Virus record (IMG/VR): IMGVR_UViG_3300043410_001892
Location: 183,145 to 247,144 of that record
DNA length: 64,000 bases
DNA from: a virus
Reading direction: 5' to 3' (one strand)
Part shown: piece after piece, positions 54,386 to 63,962 of the stretch
How positions within the stretch are numbered: the stretch's first letter is position 1
Layout: the number at the start of each line of letters is the position of its first letter
Notes under the pieces: generated by a model
What the model was told of the DNA's origin: nothing
What the model saw: the letters and a program-made list of their open reading frames with translations, nothing else
Database searches by the model: none
Made by a program: the position numbers and the translations under genes

Positions 54386-57300
54386 ATGACACTACCATTA
54401 AGCAATAATGCTATATCAATGGGACAAGTTAACACTGAATTAAACTTAGCAGCCAATGCACAAATATCATTAAATGATCCTGCAGTTCGTACATTACTTG
54501 CAAAAACAGGTGATAAGACAACCATTTCGTTAGCAGACGGTTGGGGTAAATCTAACATTGGAGCTGTAACAAATCTTGCAGTTACAAATGGATCAGTTAC
54601 TGTTATGTCAGCTACTGTTACATGGACTACACCTGCAACAGGAACTATAACAAAATATGAAATTTATGCAAAAGATGCAAATAATGTAGTTAAAGGTTTA
54701 ATAACAATTAATGCACCATTTTCTCCAATACCAACATCTGCAACAGTAACTGGTATGGCGTCAAATACTGCATATACCATTTATGTTACTACGTCAAACA
54801 CATCGTCAAGTGCAACTGCAAGTGCAACTGTTCCGGTAACAACATTAGCATACAACTTCCCATTTACTACAGTTTCCAATGTAAATCCAAATACAGTTAC
54901 ATCATCAACTGTGGTTTCAGTTGGTGGATTACCAGTAAATCAAATTGTTACAGTTTCGGTCTCAGGTAGTGCTGGCGCACAATTTGCTGCAGCAAGCACA
55001 CAAGCTGGTGCAACTTCATTTACGTCAACTTCTGGATTATACACAGCATCATCAAGTGGTATATTATATGTTGCTGCTCGAGTCACTTCAGGAACATTTT
55101 TAGCTGATGCAACTGCAACTGTTACAGTTGGTGATGGCAGTAGTACATTCACTGCAACTACACGAGCAGCTGATATATCTCCATCAAACACAGTGCCAAT
55201 TATAATTCCAGCAAAAATAGATGTTCCTATCAATTCAGCAGTAACGTCAGAACAGTTTACAATTACTGGATTAGAACCAAATTATACTGGATTAGTAATT
55301 AGTGCATCGGCTGGCGCAACATTTGTTGCAGGTCCAACTAGTGGATCGTTACCGTCAGTTTATGTAAATTCTGGGACATTTACAGTTGGCGCAGACACTA
55401 ACATTTATATTAAAGCAAGAGTAACATCGAGCTCATTATTTGGAGCTGATGTAACTGGAACTTATACTATTGGATCAGGTACAGCCACATTTAAAGCTAC
55501 AACAACTTCAAATGCATTTACTATTCCTGCAAAAACTGGACAGGCAATTAATACATTAATTACTTCAGATTCAATACTTGTTACTGGTCTTGAATATTCT
55601 ACAAGTTATCAAGTATCAGTTGCAAATGGGTCTGGTTCTACAGGTGCAGCTTATGAAGCAGTTACTGGTACAGGTACGTTAACAGGAACATTTACATCAT
55701 CTACTACATCAGTAACATCATCTGCTGTAGGTGAAATAAGAGTACAAGTAAGAGTTCAATCAAGTACACAAGGTTCTACAACAACTAGTGCTACATTATC
55801 AATTGGATCTTATAAGTCAGGTACATTTAGTGTAACAACACCAGTTCCTGATACAAGTCCAACATTTGGATCAACTTTTGCAGCTATTACAAACGTTCCG
55901 TTAGGTTCGTTAATTTTAGCAGCAGAATCTCCAATAACAGTAACCAGTTTAGAACCAAATTATAATATTCCAGTTAGTGTTACTGGTGGGTATTATTATA
56001 TATCATCATCAACATTTACACCAGGTAATGTAACATTTATTAATACCGACTCAACAGTTACAACACCGACCGGTACATTGTATCTTGGTCTTAAAGCATC
56101 TGCTAACTCGTCTTCGTTTTTAACTGATTCGACTGCAACTGTAACTATAGGTTCGGGATCAACTTCGTTTAAAGTTACAACTACAACAGGAACATTTTCA
56201 TTTACAACAGCTTCAAATCTTAATATAAGCACATCTTCAACTTCAAATGTTATAGCAGTAAATGGTTTACCATATCCGGGTACTGTTACAGTTAGTATAC
56301 CAAACGCTGATGCTAAAGTTGATGCAGGTACAACAACATCAATGAGCGGAACATATGAGTTTATTAAGAGTAATGTTTCTACTGTACAAGACGGAACTGG
56401 CGGTAAGGTTTATTTAGCAATCCGAGGAACATCGAGTGATTTATTCTCAACTACCGTTACATATACTGCCAGCATAGCATACACGCAAGGAACAAAATCT
56501 GGTACTTATAGTATTGGAACAAGAGCAGCAGTTACACAACCATCGACTCAATTTACATTTACAGATTTAACTGGACAGGCAAGATCTTCAACAATTACAT
56601 CTAGTCAGATTTCAATTACTGTAGAACCTAATTATACTCACACTATCACTGCTACTACAAATACTGGTACAACTGTAGGAGTTGATGCAGGTACAACTAC
56701 ATCAATGAGTGGTTCTTATGGTACATCAAAATCAGTAACAACTGATGGAACTGGTGTAATTTATATAACGGCATCGGTACAAACAGGTACTGCATATTCG
56801 ACTGCATATAATTGTACAATAACCGTTGGCACAATGTCTGATACTTTTACAGCAACAACTCTTGTACAGATTATTATTCCAGGATCAATCACATTGGGAT
56901 TTAGTGGCACTACATCAAGTTCAACTACAATGACTATTTCAGCTGGAAGCGGAAGTGCACCTGATTCATATTATTATGAAAGATACACAGATGCTGCATA
57001 TACTGCTAATAAGTTTACTGGAACAAGTCAAAGTTCAAATAGTTTTTCAGTTAGCTTACCAAGTTCAAACACTACTTATTATATTAAAGGTTTTGCAACT
57101 AATACTGCAGGAACAGGTTCAGGAACAGGTTCAGTTACATCAGCTGCAGCAGCACCAACAAGTGCTTCGATAGCATTTTCGTCAATTGCTGAAACATCTG
57201 CAACATTAACTGTTACATCGACTGGTGCAACAACATGGGGTTATCAGCAATATACTGATGCAAATTATAATGTAGCAGTCGGAAGTACTGTATCAAGTAA

Positions 57301-59752
57301 TGCTACAAATAGTTTTGGGTTGTCAAGTTTAACAGGTGCAACTTATTATTATTTTAAAGGGTATGGTTCAAATACTGGTGGATCATCACCGTATTCAGCA
57401 GGACAATCAGTTTTAACAGTTCCTGGGTCAGTATCGGTGACTGCATCAACTCCAGTTTGGAATGCAGCTAGTTCAGTTTACACTTATACTATTAGTCTTT
57501 CGTATACCGGAACGGTTTCATCGTGGATAGCATATAGAGGACAAAATCCAAATTTAACTGCACCAACCGCACTTGGTACTGGAATTTTACCAAGTTCGTC
57601 ATTTTCTGCAACATCAGCTGTAAGTACAACTACATATTATTCAGGAAAGGCAACTAATGCATCTGGAACATCTGCGTCATATGGGCCAACTATATCAGTA
57701 ACAGTTGGAGCTGCTCCAATTACTGCACCATCTAGTGCATCAATTGCATCTTCGTCAATTACTGAAACTACGTTAACATTGACTATTACATCTACTAATG
57801 CTACAACTTGGGGTTATCAAGAATATACTAACTCAAATTATAACGTAGCAGTTGGAAATGCTGTATCAAGTACGTCTACAAATAGCTTTGGTGTAACAGG
57901 TCGTACTGGTGGTTCTACATATTATTATGCAGGTTTTGGTTCAAATGCATCGGGAACATCGCCGTATTCTACAGGAATATCAGTATTAATGAAACCAAGT
58001 ACACCAACATTAACAGTTAGTAGTACACCATCCTGGAATGCAACTACATCAAAATATGATTATAGTACAACTTATTCTGGAGGTGGAACAACAGTTTCTA
58101 GTTATAAATTGTATCAAGGAACTTCAACAAGTGATTCTAATCCTACATTGTTAGGATCTAGTATTGTTGCGGTAGGTGTGACAGCTTCTACTAGCATGTA
58201 CCTTAGGGCAACTGCAGTTAACACTTCAGGTGAGTCTAGTGCAACTGGGTATGCTACTATAACTGCACCAGCAGCACCAATAACACCAGCAGCTCCAACA
58301 ATAACGTTTACAGCAGGAACTGGTACAGGAGTTACAGTAACTATTTCAAGTACAAATGCAACCGCATACAAATATAGTTACGCAACAACTACACCGTCAT
58401 CTGCATCAACTGATAGCAATGGCACTGTTACAATAGCTAATGGTACACTGTCAACTAACACAACGTATTATTTCGTTGCAATTGCAATAAGAACTGCAGG
58501 TGGTGTAACTACACAATCAGCACTATCAAGTGCATATTCATATGCAACACCAGCACCGGCAGTTGGTACTGCATCTATTACTATATCTGATGTAGGTATA
58601 AGAAGTATTAAAGGAACAGTTTCTGCAACCAATGCAACTTACTACTATACACAAAATTACGATCCATATGCAGTCGGTGTTTGGCCAACTCCAAGATATA
58701 GACCATCAAGTTCATCACAATGGACCACTAGTACTGCATTTTCTCAAAACATACCTAGCGGACAAGCTATGTATGTATTAGCAATTAATTATAAATCTGG
58801 GTTTAATCCATATTCATCGACTGACGGATGGACAGGTGTAAATTCATTTTCAGAAGGATATTCGTCTGGAACTGTTACACTAGTAGCATCTACTGGAACA
58901 TACAATTCTCCTTCAACATCTACTGCGTCATTAGCAATACCATGGGATGTTGTTAAAATTAGAATCAGTGCAACCGGCGGCGGCGGTGGAGGCGGTGGTG
59001 CTAACTCAGTTAATAATGACGGTACTGGAGGTGCAGGTGGTGGATCACCGACATTGGCTGCAACATTTAATAAACCATCAGGCCAAACACACTTACTGAT
59101 TTCAGTAGGCGGTGGCGGATACAGTGGTAACGGCGGTGGTTATACAAGTGGAAGTGGCACTGGCGGTAATGGTGGTATTGGTATATCTGGATATGCAGGT
59201 GGTGCAGGTGGCACTAAAGGCGGCACTGGAGTTTCAGGTGGTGGCGGTGGCGGTGGCGGCGCTTCTGTAGTTTCTACATACCCTAATAGCTATACATTAA
59301 TAGTAGTAGGCGGTGGCGGTGGCGGACTCGGTGGTACATATCAATATAAAAGCAACATACCAATCGGTGGTGTAGTAACATCGTATTCGGGTAAAACTGA
59401 CTATTCGGGAATGGTTAATGGTACTGCCGGTGCAACACCAATTGCAACCGTTAACGGTGGTGGCGGTGGCGGTGGCGCCGGACCAGGCGGAGCAGGTGGG
59501 GTTGCTGGTAAAGACAGTGTAAATCTACCCGGAATAGGCGGTGCAAGTGCAGTATATTATAACAGTACTTATTATGTCGGGTCTGGTGCAACTTGGACTG
59601 CAGCACCTACTGCACTTGTAACATCAACGTCTACTGATGCACCAGGTACCGGTGGTAAAGGTGGAACTTCATTTAGTAATACTAATTATATTGCAGCTGA
59701 TTCATGGGCTGGATCTGCCGGACAGGTAACTTATACATTCTATGATGTATAA
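54386..59752 (+). CDS. Large (1788 aa) fibre/adhesin-like structural protein with FN3/Ig-like tandem domains and Gly-rich C-terminal region
   Basis: AAGGAG RBS. Repeated ~180-aa modules (SASIA(F/S)SSI(A/T)ET...TTWGYQ(Q/E)YT..NYNVAVG...YYY..G.GSN..G.SPYS). C-terminal poly-Gly blocks (GGGGGGGG, GGGGYSGNGGG). Confidence 0.8.
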   Translation: MTLPLSNNAISMGQVNTELNLAANAQISLNDPAVRTLLAKTGDKTTISLADGWGKSNIGAVTNLAVTNGSVTVMSATVTWTTPATGTITKYEIYAKDANNVVKGLITINAPFSPIPTSATVTGMASNTAYTIYVTTSNTSSSATASATVPVTTLAYNFPFTTVSNVNPNTVTSSTVVSVGGLPVNQIVTVSVSGSAGAQFAAASTQAGATSFTSTSGLYTASSSGILYVAARVTSGTFLADATATVTVGDGSSTFTATTRAADISPSNTVPIIIPAKIDVPINSAVTSEQFTITGLEPNYTGLVISASAGATFVAGPTSGSLPSVYVNSGTFTVGADTNIYIKARVTSSSLFGADVTGTYTIGSGTATFKATTTSNAFTIPAKTGQAINTLITSDSILVTGLEYSTSYQVSVANGSGSTGAAYEAVTGTGTLTGTFTSSTTSVTSSAVGEIRVQVRVQSSTQGSTTTSATLSIGSYKSGTFSVTTPVPDTSPTFGSTFAAITNVPLGSLILAAESPITVTSLEPNYNIPVSVTGGYYYISSSTFTPGNVTFINTDSTVTTPTGTLYLGLKASANSSSFLTDSTATVTIGSGSTSFKVTTTTGTFSFTTASNLNISTSSTSNVIAVNGLPYPGTVTVSIPNADAKVDAGTTTSMSGTYEFIKSNVSTVQDGTGGKVYLAIRGTSSDLFSTTVTYTASIAYTQGTKSGTYSIGTRAAVTQPSTQFTFTDLTGQARSSTITSSQISITVEPNYTHTITATTNTGTTVGVDAGTTTSMSGSYGTSKSVTTDGTGVIYITASVQTGTAYSTAYNCTITVGTMSDTFTATTLVQIIIPGSITLGFSGTTSSSTTMTISAGSGSAPDSYYYERYTDAAYTANKFTGTSQSSNSFSVSLPSSNTTYYIKGFATNTAGTGSGTGSVTSAAAAPTSASIAFSSIAETSATLTVTSTGATTWGYQQYTDANYNVAVGSTVSSNATNSFGLSSLTGATYYYFKGYGSNTGGSSPYSAGQSVLTVPGSVSVTASTPVWNAASSVYTYTISLSYTGTVSSWIAYRGQNPNLTAPTALGTGILPSSSFSATSAVSTTTYYSGKATNASGTSASYGPTISVTVGAAPITAPSSASIASSSITETTLTLTITSTNATTWGYQEYTNSNYNVAVGNAVSSTSTNSFGVTGRTGGSTYYYAGFGSNASGTSPYSTGISVLMKPSTPTLTVSSTPSWNATTSKYDYSTTYSGGGTTVSSYKLYQGTSTSDSNPTLLGSSIVAVGVTASTSMYLRATAVNTSGESSATGYATITAPAAPITPAAPTITFTAGTGTGVTVTISSTNATAYKYSYATTTPSSASTDSNGTVTIANGTLSTNTTYYFVAIAIRTAGGVTTQSALSSAYSYATPAPAVGTASITISDVGIRSIKGTVSATNATYYYTQNYDPYAVGVWPTPRYRPSSSSQWTTSTAFSQNIPSGQAMYVLAINYKSGFNPYSSTDGWTGVNSFSEGYSSGTVTLVASTGTYNSPSTSTASLAIPWDVVKIRISATGGGGGGGGANSVNNDGTGGAGGGSPTLAATFNKPSGQTHLLISVGGGGYSGNGGGYTSGSGTGGNGGIGISGYAGGAGGTKGGTGVSGGGGGGGGASVVSTYPNSYTLIVVGGGGGGLGGTYQYKSNIPIGGVVTSYSGKTDYSGMVNGTAGATPIATVNGGGGGGGAGPGGAGGVAGKDSVNLPGIGGASAVYYNSTYYVGSGATWTAAPTALVTSTSTDAPGTGGKGGTSFSNTNYIAADSWAGSAGQVTYTFYDV
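58975..59510. repeat. GGN-codon low-complexity (poly-glycine) region, a local GC-rich island in an AT-rich genome
   Basis: Runs of ggcggtggcggtgg... encoding Gly8/Gly7 tracts. Confidence 0.7.
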
Positions 59753-59753
59753 G

Positions 59754-60962
59754 TTATGAAATCTTCAATAATATAGTATCTTCATTAATGCGACCGTTTA
59801 ATTTAGTATCGGTCGCATTAATATCTTCTAAAAACTTACGCAACATGATTTTATTCGCATCTTTAAACTCTTTAATCTTTTCTTCTGGCTTTCTTATAGA
59901 TTTTTGAACACTTTTATGCTCATCAAAACCTAAAATAACAGTACCTTTAACAGTTAAAGGCCCTGTAAACTCATCTGCAACGTATTTTCCAATTTTTCTG
60001 TTCTTAGTATTGTAAACCCATAGCTCAGATGCACCAATTATGTTCACTGGATTAGCAGAAACAAGCTTCAATGGTTCAAATGTCTTCAAATATTTCAATT
60101 TTTCAACTAATTTGTCCTTAGAAACTGACTTTTTAACTCTTGGGGCTTTATTAACCTTGCTTTCTTCAATCAACATGTTGCATGCTGATTCAATTTCTTT
60201 ATAAAATGCCAATAAATTTCGTATTTCTTTCTTAGATTTAGTATTATATGCTTCTTGAAGTTGTTCGTAGCTGTCTAATTTTGTTTCATCAGTGGGTTTT
60301 CCGGCATTTAGCTCTTCTAAATCCTTTAAATTACGCGAGTAAATGTCTTTAATTATACGTGCATGCGCTGCTTTAGTTTCCTTAGCTTTAAACACGTTTA
60401 TTAGCTTAAATGCTTTGGGATCAAACGTAGCTGCGTTAGTAACCCAGCTGTCTATAGCATCTTCTATAACTTCGCACATGCTAATAGACGCTTCTTTTAC
60501 ACGAGCTTGTATAGTAATAGTTTGAGTTGGCTTTTTAATATCGCTATCTTCATCTTCTACTTCAATATCAGCAGTACCTGCTTCAATAGTATCAGCAATT
60601 GCTTGTCTTAGCCATTCAGCCGCATCTCTGCCGTTATTAAAAGTTTCATGAACAGCTGGCATACCTCTGACAAGACAAGAAGCAATAGAACCCATAGTAG
60701 TACTTGACCGCCAATCTTTAGTAGCTTTATAATCTGTAATTTCTTTGTCTGTAAAGTCATTTGTATTCATCCATTTAAGTACTGCTGGTTTAATATCTTT
60801 ACTGCTCAATTGTAAATTATAATAATGCATGGCATTATGCCATCTTTTTCTATATTCACTTGGAGACCAATATTCCCAGTCAGCCCAACTTGGGCTTAAA
60901 TCTTTCTTAGCATTTTCACGTATTGTTACTGATGTAACTTTTGTTTTCTTTTTTGTTGCCAT
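59754..60962 (-). CDS. Hypothetical protein (402 aa)
   Basis: Long ORF convergent with the 1788-aa gene. A 13-bp perfect inverted repeat lies in its 3' end. Confidence 0.55.
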   Translation of the reverse strand: MATKKKTKVTSVTIRENAKKDLSPSWADWEYWSPSEYRKRWHNAMHYYNLQLSSKDIKPAVLKWMNTNDFTDKEITDYKATKDWRSSTTMGSIASCLVRGMPAVHETFNNGRDAAEWLRQAIADTIEAGTADIEVEDEDSDIKKPTQTITIQARVKEASISMCEVIEDAIDSWVTNAATFDPKAFKLINVFKAKETKAAHARIIKDIYSRNLKDLEELNAGKPTDETKLDSYEQLQEAYNTKSKKEIRNLLAFYKEIESACNMLIEESKVNKAPRVKKSVSKDKLVEKLKYLKTFEPLKLVSANPVNIIGASELWVYNTKNRKIGKYVADEFTGPLTVKGTVILGFDEHKSVQKSIRKPEEKIKEFKDANKIMLRKFLEDINATDTKLNGRINEDTILLKIS

Positions 60963-60963
60963 G

Positions 60964-61761
60964 TTATGTCCAAAGTCCGTCTCTTATTTTAATAAGTCTA
61001 ATCATCATTTCAGTATCTTCGATTTGATATTTTTGTTCAATCTCATGTTCAATTTCTCGCATAGATTTAAGTTTAGCATCTTCTTCTGGAGGACGATCTC
61101 TAAATATATCACCTGTGTCGTTATCGTAAAACTCATTAATACCCGATGTATCACTTGGATCAACTCGGTTAGGACGCTCTTCAGTCCACCAAGTATATAA
61201 TCTTGCAAGTTCTATTGCTACTACTGCTTGGTGTGATAACCTTGGAAAGTTAGATTCTGAATCAGGATAAGTTATTGAAGAAGCCCATTGTAAATAGTCT
61301 AAACCAGCTTGTTTACAACGCCAACCTCTAACATGTCCAAACCAACGATCTGGGTAATTATATTTTTCTTTTGCATGTTCATCGTCCCATCTAATATAAC
61401 TCCATGCTAATTCAATTTCAACAAAATTAACTAATTCGTTAAACATACATGGTAAAAATCTACCACCAAGATCTTGCCATGTTCCGGGTTTAATATCTTG
61501 TGGGTGAGCAGTCAATGCATGTGTTTTTGTAATCCATCTATTATCAATATAATATTTAATATTGTAATAAGTGTCTTGAGGAAACATAACCACATCTTGA
61601 ATTTTATCAAGTAGTGTTTCTGCAATCCAATATCGAACTGGGTGGGTGGCCTTAGCAATCGTAGAAATAGAAGTCCACCCTTCACTAGATGCGTATTCAG
61701 GGTACTCAGTTCCACGAATCCAAGTACCAAACTTGCTTAAAGACCAATAGTTAGCTCTCAT
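60964..61761 (-). CDS. Hypothetical Trp-rich protein (265 aa)
   Basis: ORF 1 nt upstream of the next gene. No motifs. Confidence 0.55.
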   Translation of the reverse strand: MRANYWSLSKFGTWIRGTEYPEYASSEGWTSISTIAKATHPVRYWIAETLLDKIQDVVMFPQDTYYNIKYYIDNRWITKTHALTAHPQDIKPGTWQDLGGRFLPCMFNELVNFVEIELAWSYIRWDDEHAKEKYNYPDRWFGHVRGWRCKQAGLDYLQWASSITYPDSESNFPRLSHQAVVAIELARLYTWWTEERPNRVDPSDTSGINEFYDNDTGDIFRDRPPEEDAKLKSMREIEHEIEQKYQIEDTEMMIRLIKIRDGLWT

Positions 61762-61773
61762 TGTTTTTATCCT

Positions 61774-62274
61774 TTAGTTATTTACGAATTGTTGTAAACT
61801 TGGTGGAGAATAAGATTCTGGTTTTAAGATCTTACCATCCTCTCTTTTGATAACTTTACCTGTAGTTGGATCTACTTTAGACATATTTGATCGAATTACT
61901 TCATTCCATGCACCTTCTGCATCTACACCTAATGAATGTAATGCACCAACTGTAACAACTAAAATATCAATTAGTGCATCAAGTTGTTCAACACGATCAT
62001 TATCATCAACTGCAGCATGTAATTCACCGACTTCTTCTTTAATTAAATCTAAGTACATATTATATTGTGATTCACTGTAAGTGTCAACTGATTGATCACC
62101 AGCTATCATAAATGTTTTTTGATCTGTAAATACGTTTGTCATATAATTCCTTTTTTTAGTTGTTTCTATTAAATCTTTAATTATTTCTTTGTCGACTTCT
62201 TTCATTATTTCTTCGCCTAATATACGAGTTAGTTCTCTTTCTTGCAGTGACCGGTAATGTGGTTTAAGTTTCAT
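61774..62274 (-). CDS. MazG-like all-alpha nucleoside triphosphate pyrophosphohydrolase
   Basis: EEVGELHAAVDDNDRVEQLDALIDILVVTVGALHSLGVD...AWNEVIRSNMSK matches the EExxE...D metal-binding helix pattern of MazG/HisE-type NTP-PPases. Confidence 0.65.
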   Translation of the reverse strand: MKLKPHYRSLQERELTRILGEEIMKEVDKEIIKDLIETTKKRNYMTNVFTDQKTFMIAGDQSVDTYSESQYNMYLDLIKEEVGELHAAVDDNDRVEQLDALIDILVVTVGALHSLGVDAEGAWNEVIRSNMSKVDPTTGKVIKREDGKILKPESYSPPSLQQFVNN

Positions 62275-62318
62275 CTTCTGGTTCCATTGCTAAGTAAATT
62301 AAAGCACATTCTTCTAAC

Positions 62319-62347
62319 ATTTTAAATTCTAATTGCATTGCTGTCAA
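62319..62347 (-). promoter_or_regulatory. Sigma70-type promoter (TTGACA-17-TAAAAT) for the MazG-like gene
   Basis: Reverse strand reads TTGACA gcaatgcaattagaatt TAAAAT. Confidence 0.45.
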
Positions 62348-62354
62348 CTCTGAT

Positions 62355-62549
62355 TCATTCATTTTTAATGTCTTTGGTTAGGGTTGGTGTAACACATCCG
62401 ACCGGTTTAGGTCGGATGTATGGTTCTTTTATAAACTCTACGTGGCAATCCACGCATATAAACATATCCCTAGATGTTATAATTAACATCCCAGCGCCGC
62501 AACGCGGACACTGGTTTCCTGTTACTTCTTCATATGACTGTGTAGTCAT
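62355..62549 (-). CDS. Small zinc-ribbon protein (64 aa)
   Basis: CPRCGAG...CVDCH four-Cys arrangement. Overlaps the ligase gene end by 4 nt. Confidence 0.4.
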   Translation of the reverse strand: MTTQSYEEVTGNQCPRCGAGMLIITSRDMFICVDCHVEFIKEPYIRPKPVGCVTPTLTKDIKNE

Positions 62550-63904
62550 TTAGTCTTTCCCATTGCGCTATCAAACTGATCCTGTATTCGTTGCAACGAA
62601 TCAGCTTCTGATTTATCTTTGCGGAACTCTACAAATCTTGGCAAAAATAAACTGTAATATTGGTTGCTTGATGTAGGTGGCATAATGTTATTAGATTTAA
62701 TTGTTACAATAGTTCCATATAACTCGTCTTTACGAGTAAAGATATCTTTACGTAAATCATCTGAGAAACCAGAAGCATTTACTTCTAACAATTCATCTGA
62801 AGAGCGACAAGTAATTGAACCAAACAGTTTTTCGTTTTTACCTTTGCCTTCTGTAAATCCTACAATTTCTAAATCAACATCTACTTCAAGTTTAAGTTTA
62901 ACTTGGTCTTTGCTTGTACCATCACGCCATTTAGCATCTGGACGTTTAATAATAGTACCTTCAAGACCTTGTTCTACTAACTCAAGGTAATGTTTAAATG
63001 CTTCTTCCCATGAAAACACTAACTTAGTTTCAATCATTTTAACATATTGATAATCAGTTACTGCTTGTGATGCTACTCGATTTTTTAATTTATGGTATCG
63101 ATCCCTATACTCTTCAGAGCCTTTACCTTTTGGTACAGCTTCAGATAACGGAATTTGATCCCATACTAAAAATAATGGCCATTCATTTTCAGCAAACGAT
63201 CCGCCGTCTGAAACACTGTTTAAAATACCATTGCCAATTTCACGTGGTAACACAACTCCGTCACGACATACAACAAGTTCGCCATGTGTTTGTGTATTAC
63301 ATTCCATTTTACGTTGCATGTAATCAACAATGCCTTTAAATTGGTCTAACGGCATTGGATTACCACTTCTGCTTAATAATTCAATAGACAAGTCTTCATA
63401 GAAGTTAGCATTGATATACATGCCGTCTGCTTTTAACTGTGAATACACACCTTTAGACCATGGCCAAGTATCAAGTTTAACATGTTTAGGTAATGAGCAA
63501 CGTTGATATGGAAACTCTGGAATTAAACCCTTCCACACTTTATTTACTGTGGCTGCTTGAACACCACAGCGCAAGTCTTTATTTACAATTTTGATAACAA
63601 CCTGTGCATCTTGTGCTGATACTGATTCTAAAATATTTTTAAGATGATCAATGCCTGCGTGACCTGTATAAGTACGGTCAGCTAGTGCATGTAAGTGGAC
63701 AATAGCTTCGTCAAGCTGCATTTTTGCAAGTCCTGTGTTAGGAGTAAACTCAGGAATTTTTTTGATATTAAACGGTAGTAATTTATTATTAGCACAGTAG
63801 CAAATGTCTTTCAACAACTTGTTAGTGCTGTTCTGTTTGAGGATAGCTAATTTAGCGTTAGTTTTAGGTTCATTAGCTAACTGCTCTAAAATTGTAGAGA
63901 TCAT
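62546..63904 (-). CDS. ATP-dependent DNA ligase (T4 gp30-like)
   Basis: Adenylation motif I SQLKADGMY, VNKVWKGLIPEFP (compare T4 ANKVWPGLIPEQP), motif V EGTIIKR. Start placed at ATG 63902-63904, preceded by AGGAG. The ORF track begins 6 nt earlier at a GTG. Confidence 0.85.
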   Translation of the reverse strand: MISTILEQLANEPKTNAKLAILKQNSTNKLLKDICYCANNKLLPFNIKKIPEFTPNTGLAKMQLDEAIVHLHALADRTYTGHAGIDHLKNILESVSAQDAQVVIKIVNKDLRCGVQAATVNKVWKGLIPEFPYQRCSLPKHVKLDTWPWSKGVYSQLKADGMYINANFYEDLSIELLSRSGNPMPLDQFKGIVDYMQRKMECNTQTHGELVVCRDGVVLPREIGNGILNSVSDGGSFAENEWPLFLVWDQIPLSEAVPKGKGSEEYRDRYHKLKNRVASQAVTDYQYVKMIETKLVFSWEEAFKHYLELVEQGLEGTIIKRPDAKWRDGTSKDQVKLKLEVDVDLEIVGFTEGKGKNEKLFGSITCRSSDELLEVNASGFSDDLRKDIFTRKDELYGTIVTIKSNNIMPPTSSNQYYSLFLPRFVEFRKDKSEADSLQRIQDQFDSAMGKTK

Positions 63905-63933
63905 ATACACTCCTGTTTAATTAAAAAAAATAT

Positions 63934-63962
63934 ATTATACAGCAATTAGCTAATGTTGTCAA
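63934..63962 (-). promoter_or_regulatory. Sigma70-type early promoter (TTGACA-17-TATAAT) for the DNA ligase
   Basis: Reverse strand reads TTGACA acattagctaattgctg TATAAT, about 30 nt upstream of the ATG. Confidence 0.6.

Noticed and set aside
58975-59510. Glycine-codon repeats as a possible CRISPR-like or satellite array
   Set aside because: The repeats are in frame within a long ORF and lack the regular repeat-spacer periodicity. It is a coding low-complexity region.
62338-62553. Plus-strand 71-aa ORF overlapping the zinc-ribbon ORF
   Set aside because: It is antisense to a Cys4 zinc-ribbon ORF that is itself co-directional and overlapping with ligase. The plus-strand ORF has no RBS.
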